Positions 1-8,315 are shown, numbered from the stretch's first letter. The stretch is DNA of 64,000 nt from a virus (IMGVR_UViG_3300028588_000019:8475-72474); one strand, 5' to 3'. The notes: a model not told the origin generated them from the sequence alone. A program made the numbers and translations.

Positions 1-20
1 GGGTGTGTCCTTATCGATTT

Positions 21-509
21 TCATGGGAATGGGAACGCAGCAGCGTCGTTGACGTCTTTCTTCATTTCCCATTGCGGGTCCATGGTGTCGACGCCGTTGC
101 CGCAGAAGACGTCGAAGTTGCTTGCGAGGACAACGGCCTCTTTCGAGCTTTGACCACACGCCATTGCCGCCATTGCGAAATCGCGACCGCTACCCATTGC
201 CATATACGGTTCCACGATGAAGTCTGGCATCGTTTGAGGACCGTCGCAGTACAAATAAAGCTCACGATCGGTAGTTGCGAACAAAGCGTCCGCATGCTGG
301 TCCAGGTCCGTCGAGCCTGGAGGGAAGTTCGCCAAATCCGCCCCCTTCATGAACCAATCCAGCAAGACCAAAGCGCGCATACGACTACCACTGAATGCCA
401 CCACGCCGCCCGGTACTTTGTGGATTTTAGTCACGGTGCGGGGCATACCATTTGCCACCGCACGTTTATCAGCCGAAAGGGTTTTACCATCCCATGCAAT
501 AACTGTCAT
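21..509 (-). CDS. HslV/proteasome-beta-like Ntn hydrolase
   Basis: N-terminal M-T-V-I-A-W-DG...ADKR, GSG near the C-terminus; typical phage Ntn-protease pattern. Confidence 0.65.
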   Translation of the reverse strand: MTVIAWDGKTLSADKRAVANGMPRTVTKIHKVPGGVVAFSGSRMRALVLLDWFMKGADLANFPPGSTDLDQHADALFATTDRELYLYCDGPQTMPDFIVEPYMAMGSGRDFAMAAMACGQSSKEAVVLASNFDVFCGNGVDTMDPQWEMKKDVNDAAAFPFP

Positions 510-928
510 AATTTTACCTCATTGTAGTTGAAGAGTGCTGCAAACGGACCCTGCGGCCAACGATTGCACACTTCGTTGATGAATTTGTTGGTACGACGCA
601 GGGAACCGGCACCGGGCTCCCTGCCAAAAGTTTCGGCGGTGCCAACTTCTGTGTACACCGTTGGTGGAACAAAGTTTGGATCGGTTGGACCGGGTACGTC
701 TGGACCTTCACCATAAGACCAGACTGCAATGTAGGGCCCGTGACCGTTCTGAGGGCGCACCCAGCCGCTAACGTACAACTTGGACTGCCCGCGAAGTTCC
801 TTCAACCGCGACCGAACGGCTGAACGACCCACGCCAAGTTTTGCAGCCAATTCGTTCAGCGTCCCGGGCATGTGGGCAATTACTTGGTCGTGGGTGAGGC
901 GGTTGATGCCTTTGCGAGCGTTAAGCAT
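506..928 (-). CDS. winged-HTH protein, paralog of 13367-13642
   Basis: HTH-like LNELAAKLGVGRSAV; YVSGW...VWSYGEGPDV motif shared with 13367. Confidence 0.6.
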   Translation of the reverse strand: MLNARKGINRLTHDQVIAHMPGTLNELAAKLGVGRSAVRSRLKELRGQSKLYVSGWVRPQNGHGPYIAVWSYGEGPDVPGPTDPNFVPPTVYTEVGTAETFGREPGAGSLRRTNKFINEVCNRWPQGPFAALFNYNEVKL

Positions 929-1152
929 TAGAAGCTCCAGTCCTTGGTACAGATGTCCAGCGCTTCTGCTGGCGTGAACCCTTGCGCAATAGCTGCATCG
1001 TAACGGGCTTTGCAGATGCGCGCCTTATACCCAATTACTTCAACTTGCATGTCGAAGCCGTCGTTTAAGCTTTTGAGCGCATGCGCCTGCGTTGCACCAA
1101 CCTTATTGACGCTGGTCAGCGCGTTGTTTGGAGTTTTCGGTTCGTTGTTCAT
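928..1152 (-). CDS. hypothetical protein
   Basis: ORF abutting neighbours in a minus-strand operon. Confidence 0.65.
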   Translation of the reverse strand: MNNEPKTPNNALTSVNKVGATQAHALKSLNDGFDMQVEVIGYKARICKARYDAAIAQGFTPAEALDICTKDWSF

Positions 1153-1153
1153 T

Positions 1154-1405
1154 TTATTCTTTCGGGAACGACAGTTTGAGGGATTCGAGCAGTAGGGCTG
1201 AGACGCCTGCGTCGCCGTAGTGCTTGAGGAAACGGTCGAGGTCTACGCTGGCAGACGCGACCTTGTTGTAGTAGTCGGCACCTTGAGCCCGAACGTAGCC
1301 GAGCATATCCACGTAGCTCTGACGAGTGGCTGCAAGTTGCGGACCAAGATCCACCAACGGCTCGCGGCCCGTGGTCTTTTGTGCGTGTTCTTCGATCGGG
1401 GACAT
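1154..1405 (-). CDS. hypothetical protein
   Basis: tightly packed ORF in the operon. Confidence 0.65.
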   Translation of the reverse strand: MSPIEEHAQKTTGREPLVDLGPQLAATRQSYVDMLGYVRAQGADYYNKVASASVDLDRFLKHYGDAGVSALLLESLKLSFPKE

Positions 1406-1614
1406 TACAAACCCTTTCCGCCGCGACGCAGGTGACGCTTGCGCTGCCTGATGTAGATTGGCAGGAACAGCAAAAGGATGAAGGCGTCGAACAGCAGTTC
1501 AAGGATGTCCAGGCGCAGTACGTCAAAGAAGATGTTGAGCAGTGCAAGCACGCAGATGAACAACACGAAATAGCGGTGGCGCACCGCCTTCCAGATGAGT
1601 TTAACGCAGTCCAT
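1405..1614 (-). CDS. small membrane protein
   Basis: two hydrophobic segments; overlaps neighbour by 1 nt. Confidence 0.6.
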   Translation of the reverse strand: MDCVKLIWKAVRHRYFVLFICVLALLNIFFDVLRLDILELLFDAFILLLFLPIYIRQRKRHLRRGGKGL

Positions 1615-1615
1615 T

Positions 1616-1831
1616 TTACTTCCGATCGTAAAGGATTTTAACGCAGCGGTCGATGTTTTTGATCTTTACGATCTTGTCGCCGCCGTTCTTTTCGCAGGTC
1701 AGCTCGTCCTCGATGAAATTGCCGCGCTGGGACATGACAAACCAGACCACAAGCGCAAGAACCAACAGCGACAGGAGGATTTCCGCACCCTGCCCCCATT
1801 CGGATTCAGGACGTTCTTTTTTAATTGACAT
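1616..1831 (-). CDS. small membrane-anchored protein with a Cys pair
   Basis: one TM segment, then C...C. Confidence 0.6.
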   Translation of the reverse strand: MSIKKERPESEWGQGAEILLSLLVLALVVWFVMSQRGNFIEDELTCEKNGGDKIVKIKNIDRCVKILYDRK

Positions 1832-2081
1832 ATTGTTCGATTGGTTGCGTTGAAAAAGACCCGTCGTAGGTGTCGATGTCTACTTCGGGGATATTGCTGT
1901 ACGGGAGGTACTGCACCGGAGCCGTGCCCAGCGGGTAAGCCCAGGCTGCAAAATACTCTCCCGGTTGACCACACCAGCGGCCCAGCACGCTCACGCCACA
2001 AACCGTCAACAGTTGTAGATCGTATTGTTGCTGCGCTTCTGTGGGCGCTTCGAAATTCCAGTTTGTGGTGATCGTGTTCAT
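1821..2081 (-). CDS. hypothetical protein
   Basis: operon packing. Confidence 0.6.
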   Translation of the reverse strand: MNTITTNWNFEAPTEAQQQYDLQLLTVCGVSVLGRWCGQPGEYFAAWAYPLGTAPVQYLPYSNIPEVDIDTYDGSFSTQPIEQYVN

Positions 2082-2092
2082 GGTTCCGCCAA

Positions 2093-2875
2093 TTATTGCA
2101 CTTGGTCCCGTACCCAGCCCGGATATGGGAGGGGTGTGACTTCTTTACCCAAAGCGCGCTCGACATCCGCGCCAGTGGTGGACGTCGGCACAGCAGCGCA
2201 CGGACCGTCGTGACCTTCGGTGCGGGTGCACATCCAGCCCGGTGGCGGCACGTTGCAGGCGGTCGGCATGTGGGTGAAGTCCACCTTTACGCTCGAAGCT
2301 TTCGCTGTCTTGTCTTCGTAGATTTCGCCGACGGCGTCCATACTTGTCATTTTGACGTTGCTGAGATTCAGCGAGCCGTTTTCGCAGATCTGGAAGACAC
2401 CGAAGTCCAGCGGTAATTGCGTATGGTCAACGCTTGCGGGCGCCAGCATGTCGCGTACCTTGAACATATCACCTTGCTGGCAGGCGTCTTTCAGCGCCAG
2501 CAGCTTGTCGTGGTAACCATCTTGCATCGCTTTGCTGATGCGCAGGTCGCATTCCAGGGTACTGATCCGAGCGTAAGCGTGCTTCAGCTCGGTACGCATT
2601 TTGTCGATGCGTCCGTGAAGGCTGTTAATTTCGCCCTGCTTTGCTTCTTCGATCAGTTTAGCAATCGTTTCGTTATCCAGAGTGACCTGGATTGGTACGG
2701 ACAGGGTTTTGACAGCCTTGTTACCCGAACCCTCGCCGAGCTTCTTGTTAGCACGTTGCAGCGCGTCGATGCTGTTACGGTGGATGCTAATCACCGAGTT
2801 TTTGATGGCGGATACGAAACCGCCGCCGACGAGTGCGCCACCAACGACGCACAGGGTTGCTTGAATCAGTTCCAT
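2093..2875 (-). CDS. membrane-anchored coiled-coil protein
   Basis: N-terminal hydrophobic segment, heptad-like middle, C-terminal C..C.R..GH.GPC motif. Confidence 0.65.
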   Translation of the reverse strand: MELIQATLCVVGGALVGGGFVSAIKNSVISIHRNSIDALQRANKKLGEGSGNKAVKTLSVPIQVTLDNETIAKLIEEAKQGEINSLHGRIDKMRTELKHAYARISTLECDLRISKAMQDGYHDKLLALKDACQQGDMFKVRDMLAPASVDHTQLPLDFGVFQICENGSLNLSNVKMTSMDAVGEIYEDKTAKASSVKVDFTHMPTACNVPPPGWMCTRTEGHDGPCAAVPTSTTGADVERALGKEVTPLPYPGWVRDQVQ

Positions 2876-2878
2876 TTA

Positions 2879-3217
2879 TTAATCCTCGAAGATGTTACAA
2901 CGAACAGCAGGGGAACCGTCCTTGCCGGAACGGAACTGGAAGAACTTCAAACCCATTGCGGCAACATGGGTGCGGCAGACGCCGACCAGCGCAGCATCCG
3001 CGGCCTGCGTTTGGACGTGGTCAGTGGCTTTATGCCAGGTGTTTGGAATACCGATGCAGCGTGCGATCAGTTCCAGCGCCAGGCGGGTAGTAGTACCGAC
3101 ACCGCGCGTATCGCTGCACATCGGGTAGAGACGATTCTTGCGTTGCTTGTCTTTGGGCTTGTCGGCAGCGCGATCGAACGGCTGGCTCCAGTGGGTAAGC
3201 TTTTTGTGGTCGGTCAT
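2879..3217 (-). CDS. hypothetical protein, paralog of 3822-4136
   Basis: ATG overlaps the upstream stop (ATGA); shares R.xGxT...LIA...PN...DH...FF pattern with 3822. Confidence 0.6.
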   Translation of the reverse strand: MTDHKKLTHWSQPFDRAADKPKDKQRKNRLYPMCSDTRGVGTTTRLALELIARCIGIPNTWHKATDHVQTQAADAALVGVCRTHVAAMGLKFFQFRSGKDGSPAVRCNIFED

Positions 3218-3612
3218 AATTTCACCAGATACTCGAAGGTCCATTCGGACGGGTTACCGAGCAAACCAGCCCGGCTTGGATGTGGGTCGAACACGATTTC
3301 GCCGTCTTTGCCGACAACGGAGTGGAACAAACCTGCACCGCGAGGCGACGGGCCACCGATCAGATGGTAGCCTTCCATGTCGACCGCATAGGTTGGATCG
3401 TGACCGTCGGTGCGGAAGATCATACCAAGGCTGCGTGCGTCCAGGAAATTGAACACAGCATCCCAAAACTCTTCATTCTTGGTGTCCAGCTTTGCAAGGA
3501 AGTGCGGCACGTCCGCAATCGGCAGGTCCAGAACCGAAGCGATGGTTGCACGCATGCAGTCACCGTTTTGCACGCCCGGGATGTTGACGAACTCTTGGTC
3601 TTGGGGTGTCAT
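3214..3612 (-). CDS. putative Cys-His (papain/C39-like) peptidase-fold protein
   Basis: GDCMRATIASVLDLP N-terminus; HSVV...FDPHP C-terminus. Confidence 0.45.
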   Translation of the reverse strand: MTPQDQEFVNIPGVQNGDCMRATIASVLDLPIADVPHFLAKLDTKNEEFWDAVFNFLDARSLGMIFRTDGHDPTYAVDMEGYHLIGGPSPRGAGLFHSVVGKDGEIVFDPHPSRAGLLGNPSEWTFEYLVKL

Positions 3613-3818
3613 GGTTCGAACCTGATGAAGTGGATCTTGGTTTTGCCGTTTGCACCGACACGGAACTGTGGGCAGCAGATATCGTCCAGGACATCGATAG
3701 CCTTGGCCCAGATTGCTTCACCCTTCGGCGTGCGTTCCGCTTCGCAGTCCTTGCCCGGGTTGCGCAGTGCCGTCGCAATATATTCGAACACTGCTGCGTC
3801 GCTTGGTTGGAAGTGCAT
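3609..3818 (-). CDS. hypothetical protein
   Basis: operon packing. Confidence 0.55.
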   Translation of the reverse strand: MHFQPSDAAVFEYIATALRNPGKDCEAERTPKGEAIWAKAIDVLDDICCPQFRVGANGKTKIHFIRFEP

Positions 3819-3821
3819 GGC

Positions 3822-4136
3822 TTATTCCGTGTACAGGTTGAAGCGGAGCCAGAGGTTACCAGCAGCTTCTTGACCACACTCAAAGAACTGCATCTCGGTC
3901 TGCGCGATGATCTGCATGATGCGGTCGCGGAGCATGCGGTTCACGATTGGTGCTTTACCGACACCTTCCATCGTCGCATGGTCGATGATCATCAGCTTCT
4001 TGTTGGGTTGCTGCATTGCTTTAGCGATCATCATAAACGCTTGGGCTTGCGTCTTGCCGGTGAGGCGGTCGCTCGCAACGTTGCGCATGTCGTAGTTCGC
4101 GCCGAGCAGTTGGAACAGTTGGTTCTGTTTGGTCAT
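3822..4136 (-). CDS. hypothetical protein, first gene of the leftward operon
   Basis: ATG at 4136 (MTKQNQ); paralog of 2879-3217. Confidence 0.6.
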   Translation of the reverse strand: MTKQNQLFQLLGANYDMRNVASDRLTGKTQAQAFMMIAKAMQQPNKKLMIIDHATMEGVGKAPIVNRMLRDRIMQIIAQTEMQFFECGQEAAGNLWLRFNLYTE

Positions 4137-4467
4137 GGGATCATGTATCCAGAGGGTTAAGGGGTGCAACAGGGACAACTGTACAGGGGAAATGCGGTTA
4201 TGCAAAGGAATATTTTACGGGGTGGAATTTGGACTGATCGTGGTGTAACTATCGGGTCCGAGATACGGAATTTTCGGTGGGGTATTTTTTCCGCAAATGG
4301 GTAATGTTGAGGTGAAAAAGGGAAGGGGGTGGGTCTAGTGGAACAGATAGAGGATGGGATTGGAGGGCAGTGATGGTTCTAGATAGGGAACTTTGGATTT
4401 TTTACCTAAAATATCACCCCATAGCCTAATATATAGGCATCCGCCCCGATTTACTTACGGCCACTAT

Positions 4468-4564
4468 GTTCCACGCGTTCCACGCACCCTACAGCGCACG
4501 CGCGCACAGCACCCTCCTGCCCCACGCGCAAATTGTTCCACGCGCGCCTACCCCTGTTCCACGC
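4468..4564 (+). repeat. four GTTCCACGC direct repeats (iteron-like)
   Basis: copies at 4468, 4477, 4535, 4556; inverted GTGGAA(C) at 4222 and 4338 across a G-rich/C-rich skew switch at ~4400. Confidence 0.8.
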
Positions 4565-4743
4565 GGTTTAAACCGCATACCTGCTGCCAGGGTGCGCCAG
4601 GGTGCACCAGGCACCCCAGCCGCAGCCCCATAGGTTTTAGCTATGTGTTCCAGTTTGCCCGATAGTTATATACAATCTGCCAAGGTGCACAACCGTGTAT
4701 AGTTACACCTATGCGCTGCACACAACGCTGCACGCAGTACCCC

Positions 4744-4772
4744 GCAAGGGGTGCGCTGTACCCTTGCTTTTT
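4744..4772 (+). terminator. intrinsic terminator-like hairpin
   Basis: GCAAGGG..GTAC/CCTTGC stem followed by TTTTT. Confidence 0.4.
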
Positions 4773-4856
4773 AACAACATAGCAGCTTACTACTAAGCAA
4801 CATTACTATATAGCAATAATGCTGTATAGCAACATACTTTACTATAGGTAAACATT

Positions 4857-5312
4857 ATGCAAAACGCTAAATTCGGTAATACCAAAAACGCAATCGCACG
4901 TATGCAAGCACGCATTGCAGCTGTACAAGCACTGCGCAGCAGCAAGCACGCTGCTCGGGTTGCAGCACGCAACCAACAAGCGTTTACCCTGCAAATGCAG
5001 CAGCTAGCAGCACAGTACAACGTTGCACCCGAGCAGCTTAAAGCAATGCTTGGTGCTACCGACCGTGCAGCACGCGCTAACAGTGCAACTGCTAACCCTA
5101 GCACCGAACTGGTAACGGTTAACGGTGTTAGTTACAAACCATGCGCAGCAGTGCACGCACTGTGCGATTGGTTGGTTAGCACCGAACCAAACGCAACCCG
5201 TAAGCAAATGTTGGAGTTGTGCAAGGATAATGGCATTAACGCAAGTACTGCTGCAACGCAGGTCGGTTTGTACCGTGCACGCGCTAAAGCAGCAGCAGAC
5301 GCAGCACAGTAA
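4857..5312 (+). CDS. Ala/Gln-rich protein with the C-terminal domain shared by four paralogs; encoded almost without GA/TC
   Basis: VHALCD...GINASTAATQVGLYR; all 8 GA dinucleotides come from Asp/Glu codons and there are only 4 TC. Confidence 0.8.
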   Translation: MQNAKFGNTKNAIARMQARIAAVQALRSSKHAARVAARNQQAFTLQMQQLAAQYNVAPEQLKAMLGATDRAARANSATANPSTELVTVNGVSYKPCAAVHALCDWLVSTEPNATRKQMLELCKDNGINASTAATQVGLYRARAKAAADAAQ

Positions 5313-5487
5313 TGCAGCAGCACCCCGAACAGGGGTGCGCTTGCTAGTGTACCTTGGCAACAGGGTGCACCACCAAGCAACAACGTAGCAGATACAAGGT
5401 ACGCAAGGCGCCCTACCCCTCGCTGGGTAGCATCGCTGACCAGCACACCAATGGGTGTGAACAATTAGTAAGCTCTTTAACAATCTA

Positions 5488-5736
5488 TAAGCTCTGCTCC
5501 CACGTTTACACCTTCACGAATAGGGTGTGGGATGACAGGCAACCCCCATGAGTAACCGCGTGCGTGTATGAGCCCGGGACCAAGGATTAAAAGCCGCATG
5601 GGGGAAAATATATTCAGTGGTCCGACCTAACCTGAGTAACAGCTAGTACCTTATCACGAGAAGGTTAGTCAGCATGGTCGGGGTGTGCCCGCGTGACAGG
5701 CGGCATACTTATGTTCACTACCAAGTGCACATAAGT
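5488..5736 (+). ncRNA. cluster of stem-loops upstream of the early array (unassigned structured leader)
   Basis: CCCCCATG/CATGGGGG, CGACC/GGTCG, GTGTGCC/GGCATAC and CTTATGT/ACATAAG stems; no good ORF. Confidence 0.45.
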
Positions 5737-5765
5737 TGATAACCACACTAACAGGGGAATTAATC

Positions 5766-6005
5766 ATGGCATACAACGCTAATATCGAGCAACTTGCAGT
5801 CGACATCAAAAGCTTGACCGATACCGACCTGCAATACCTCGTCAGCTTGCTCAGCAGCGACAGTGACATGGAGGACGACGTCCGCGAGTCAAGCTGCATG
5901 GGTGCAATGGCTTACGCATACCGTACCAGCCGTGCAGTCATCGCTCAGCGCGACTTCAACCTGCGCGAGCAGGCAGCGATGGATGACGCGAACTACAAAT
6001 GGTAG
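5766..6005 (+). CDS. small acidic early protein
   Basis: SD AGGGG then ATG 5766; D/E-rich. Confidence 0.8.
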   Translation: MAYNANIEQLAVDIKSLTDTDLQYLVSLLSSDSDMEDDVRESSCMGAMAYAYRTSRAVIAQRDFNLREQAAMDDANYKW

Positions 6006-6053
6006 AGTAATTTACTAGCTTGCCGTGGCAGGCTAGTGAGTGCACTCTGCACT
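6003..6053 (+). ncRNA. stop-anchored pseudoknot motif, copy R1
   Basis: AGAGT (6004-6008) pairs with loop ACTCT (6044-6048); 11-bp P1; P2 AGTGC/GCACT. Confidence 0.8.
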
Positions 6054-6076
6054 AAACCAACTAACAGGAGTAATTC

Positions 6077-6226
6077 ATGGCAAAGTATAAGATTTCTTAC
6101 ACCCTCAACGGTGCACCACGGAGCAAGGCTGTTTCAGCTGAAAGCGACGGAGAAGCTTGGGAGCTAGCTGAAGAAATAGCTGACCAGTTTGACGACTGTG
6201 AAATCATAAGCGTTGTCGAACAGTAA
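6077..6226 (+). CDS. 49-aa acidic early protein
   Basis: SD AGGAG; MAKYKISYTL...VVEQ, not in the ORF track because it is under 60 aa. Confidence 0.75.
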   Translation: MAKYKISYTLNGAPRSKAVSAESDGEAWELAEEIADQFDDCEIISVVEQ

Positions 6227-6278
6227 GAGTAATTTAGTAGCCTATTCACGAGTAGGTTACTGAGTGCGCTCTTGCACT
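6224..6278 (+). ncRNA. stop-anchored pseudoknot motif, copy R2
   Basis: AAGAGT/GCTCTT pseudoknot; P1 6236-6261; P2 AGTGC/GCACT. Confidence 0.8.
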
Positions 6279-6303
6279 AAAACAACAACATAGGGAGTAA
6301 CTC

Positions 6304-6501
6304 ATGAAAATGATTAAATTCGGTCTTATCCTCACCTTCACGCTTAACACCGTACTGCTTGGCGCTTTTGACCGCTGGGCTAAGTCCGGTGATGGTTTGG
6401 AGTGGTACGGTTTGCTGATGGAAGTTGCAGTGAGTCTTGCAATGTTGGCAAACTTGCTGTCCGCTTCCATGGTGGCAATTTTGCATGCGGAGGGCAAGTG
6501 A
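6304..6501 (+). CDS. small membrane protein
   Basis: SD GGGAG; two hydrophobic helices. Confidence 0.75.
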   Translation: MKMIKFGLILTFTLNTVLLGAFDRWAKSGDGLEWYGLLMEVAVSLAMLANLLSASMVAILHAEGK

Positions 6502-6584
6502 CCCTCTACATCACTCTGCTCGGGTACGTTGTACCTGCAATCGCAATCACGTACTTCGTCAAAACCATCATTAACGACCTGTGA
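6498..6584 (+). CDS. 28-aa membrane peptide
   Basis: GTG start overlaps the upstream stop (GTGA); hydrophobic; its stop anchors R3. Confidence 0.55.
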   Translation: MTLYITLLGYVVPAIAITYFVKTIINDL

Positions 6585-6636
6585 AAGTAATTTGTAAGCC
6601 TGGCGCGCTAGGCTTGCGAGTGCACTTTCCCGCACT
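6582..6636 (+). ncRNA. stop-anchored pseudoknot motif, copy R3
   Basis: GAAAGT/ACTTTC pseudoknot (covaried); P1 6594-6617; P2 AGTGC/GCACT. Confidence 0.8.
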
Positions 6637-6658
6637 ATCACAACATAAAGGTAATACT

Positions 6659-7009
6659 ATGAACACCATCACCACCCACGCAGCATACATCGCTCACCTC
6701 GTTTCTAACGGTCGTCACGCAGGCCTTGCCAAAGCAATGGTCACCGAGTTCTTCTGGTCAAGCATTAACGGACCAGAAAACGACCTGTTGTATTCGGGTA
6801 GCGACGAGGAAACGCCATGCAGCCTCGAGCCAGCGCAAGCACTTGCCGAATTCGATGCAATTGTTCATGATTACAACGCTGCTGTAACCGAGGATGGCAT
6901 CATGTTCGACGGTGAACTTATGTTCGACCTCGACGGTGAGTATGCCACAAGCGGCTCAGGCAACGCATCGATCGTTCGTGGCTACGAGAACGGCGGTAAC
7001 TTCAACTAA
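6659..7009 (+). CDS. acidic early protein
   Basis: SD AAGG then ATG 6659; D/E-rich. Confidence 0.8.
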   Translation: MNTITTHAAYIAHLVSNGRHAGLAKAMVTEFFWSSINGPENDLLYSGSDEETPCSLEPAQALAEFDAIVHDYNAAVTEDGIMFDGELMFDLDGEYATSGSGNASIVRGYENGGNFN

Positions 7010-7059
7010 GAGCAATTTACTACCTCAGCGTGCTGGGGTAGTGAGTGCGCTCTTGCACT
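7007..7059 (+). ncRNA. stop-anchored pseudoknot motif, copy R4
   Basis: AAGAGC/GCTCTT perfect 6 bp; P1 7019-7042; P2 AGTGC/GCACT. Confidence 0.8.
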
Positions 7060-7079
7060 ATCACAACATAAGGATTCAC

Positions 7080-7208
7080 ATGTACACAATTATCGCCTTG
7101 ATTGAAGTTTGCCATGAAGTAGTCTTCACCCGCGACGGGTTGTACCTCGTCACCACCATCGTGGACCACTTCAACAAGCGCACCATCCAAATTGCAGAGG
7201 AGATCTAA
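7080..7208 (+). CDS. 42-aa early protein
   Basis: SD AAGGA then ATG 7080. Confidence 0.65.
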   Translation: MYTIIALIEVCHEVVFTRDGLYLVTTIVDHFNKRTIQIAEEI

Positions 7209-7210
7209 TC

Positions 7211-7429
7211 ATGCGTCATCCAATCGACTTTCAAGCTTCGCATGCTCAGATTAAAGAAGACCCTGAGTACGCAATCGAAGTGCTTGTTCACTATGTGCCG
7301 TTCAACCTGCACATGATGATTAACGAATTCATGGACGAGTTCGTACAAAAGCATTCATTCCAGGTGTACACGGCCAGCCCACTCGTTGGTCAGTTCTTCA
7401 TGTGGTTGAAGGACACCCACAAAGATTAA
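7211..7429 (+). CDS. small early protein
   Basis: SD GAGGAG; its stop anchors R5. Confidence 0.75.
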   Translation: MRHPIDFQASHAQIKEDPEYAIEVLVHYVPFNLHMMINEFMDEFVQKHSFQVYTASPLVGQFFMWLKDTHKD

Positions 7430-7478
7430 AGCTCTAGCTAAGTGGTCTTCACGGGCCACTTGACGAGCGCTTTGCTCG
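7427..7478 (+). ncRNA. stop-anchored pseudoknot motif, copy R5
   Basis: AAAGC/GCTTT; P1 7439-7462; P2 covaried to CGAGC/GCTCG. Confidence 0.75.
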
Positions 7479-7495
7479 CTAACAAAGGAACTAAA

Positions 7496-7786
7496 ATGAC
7501 TAAGATTGAATTAACGCAGTTCAAACAGACCAACCTGCGCGATGTTCTTGAACGTGCACAGGAACTCTTGGTGAGTCTTGCAACCATCTGCAACGACAAC
7601 AAGAGCCGAATCCAAATCGCTGAAAAGATGCTGAAGCAAGTTGACCCAGGCGATGACTGGGAGCGGGTTGCTTGGTCGCTGGTCAACATCGAGTTGGTTG
7701 AGCGGATTATTCGTGAAGAGGACGCAAGCCTTCTGAAGTATCCTGAAGACTGGGATGGCGGCATCAACGTTGGGACGAAGGAGTAA
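7496..7786 (+). CDS. small early protein
   Basis: SD AAGGA then ATG 7496. Confidence 0.75.
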   Translation: MTKIELTQFKQTNLRDVLERAQELLVSLATICNDNKSRIQIAEKMLKQVDPGDDWERVAWSLVNIELVERIIREEDASLLKYPEDWDGGINVGTKE

Positions 7787-7789
7787 TTC

Positions 7790-7978
7790 ATGATTAAGCT
7801 GATCCCGCTCCCAAAGACGCCGAAGGTTCGCGTCAACCTGCACCTCGAGGAAGGTGTGGTCGCCCACTTCAAGCATGTCGCTGAGCTTGAAGAACGCCCA
7901 TACCAGCCACTCATTAACAAGGTGCTTCGCGAGTATATCGAGTCGCTGCCGCCTGAGCAACGTTATCACAATCGCTGA
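7790..7978 (+). CDS. BrnA-antitoxin-like ribbon-helix-helix protein (orphan)
   Basis: KVRVNLHLEEGVVAHFK...PYQPLINKVLREY matches the BrnA/CopG RHH pattern. Confidence 0.6.
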   Translation: MIKLIPLPKTPKVRVNLHLEEGVVAHFKHVAELEERPYQPLINKVLREYIESLPPEQRYHNR

Positions 7979-7987
7979 GGTGCTGAT

Positions 7988-8083
7988 GTGTTTTGGGACT
8001 ACGTTCTAGCAGTCATTGCACTGTGTTTGATCCCACCCGCCGTCGTATTCCTGATTCTTTGGTGGTTTGGCGACGACTTTTAA
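7988..8083 (+). CDS. 31-aa membrane peptide
   Basis: SD GAGGTG, GTG start, hydrophobic. Confidence 0.5.
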   Translation: MFWDYVLAVIALCLIPPAVVFLILWWFGDDF

Positions 8084-8096
8084 TTAGGAGAGCGAA

Positions 8097-8315
8097 ATGA
8101 GTAAACCCCTCACGATTGAACAAGAAATCCACGCTCGCATCAAACGGACCGAGCTTTTCGCAGCAATGAGGTCTTCAGGTAATTACGAAGACGATCTTGC
8201 AATTATCGACATCATTCTCGAAATGCGCGAGCGTGCCCGCAACGGGGGTGACCCCGAAGAACTCTTATACGAAGAGGGCTTTGAACCCGACTACGTATTT
8301 GACCTTATTGACTAA
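8097..8315 (+). CDS. small acidic early protein
   Basis: SD AGGAG; acidic C-terminus. Confidence 0.75.
   Translation: MSKPLTIEQEIHARIKRTELFAAMRSSGNYEDDLAIIDIILEMRERARNGGDPEELLYEEGFEPDYVFDLID

Noticed and set aside
5310-5360. Ninth pseudoknot copy after ORF 4857
   Set aside because: It has stop, hairpin and hairpin, but only a 4-bp TGCA/TGTA pairing that does not start in the stop codon; too weak to call.
6003-7059. Stop-codon readthrough signals (stop, 8-9 nt spacer, hairpin)
   Set aside because: Where checked (R1), readthrough does not join the next ORF in frame, and each downstream ORF has its own SD.
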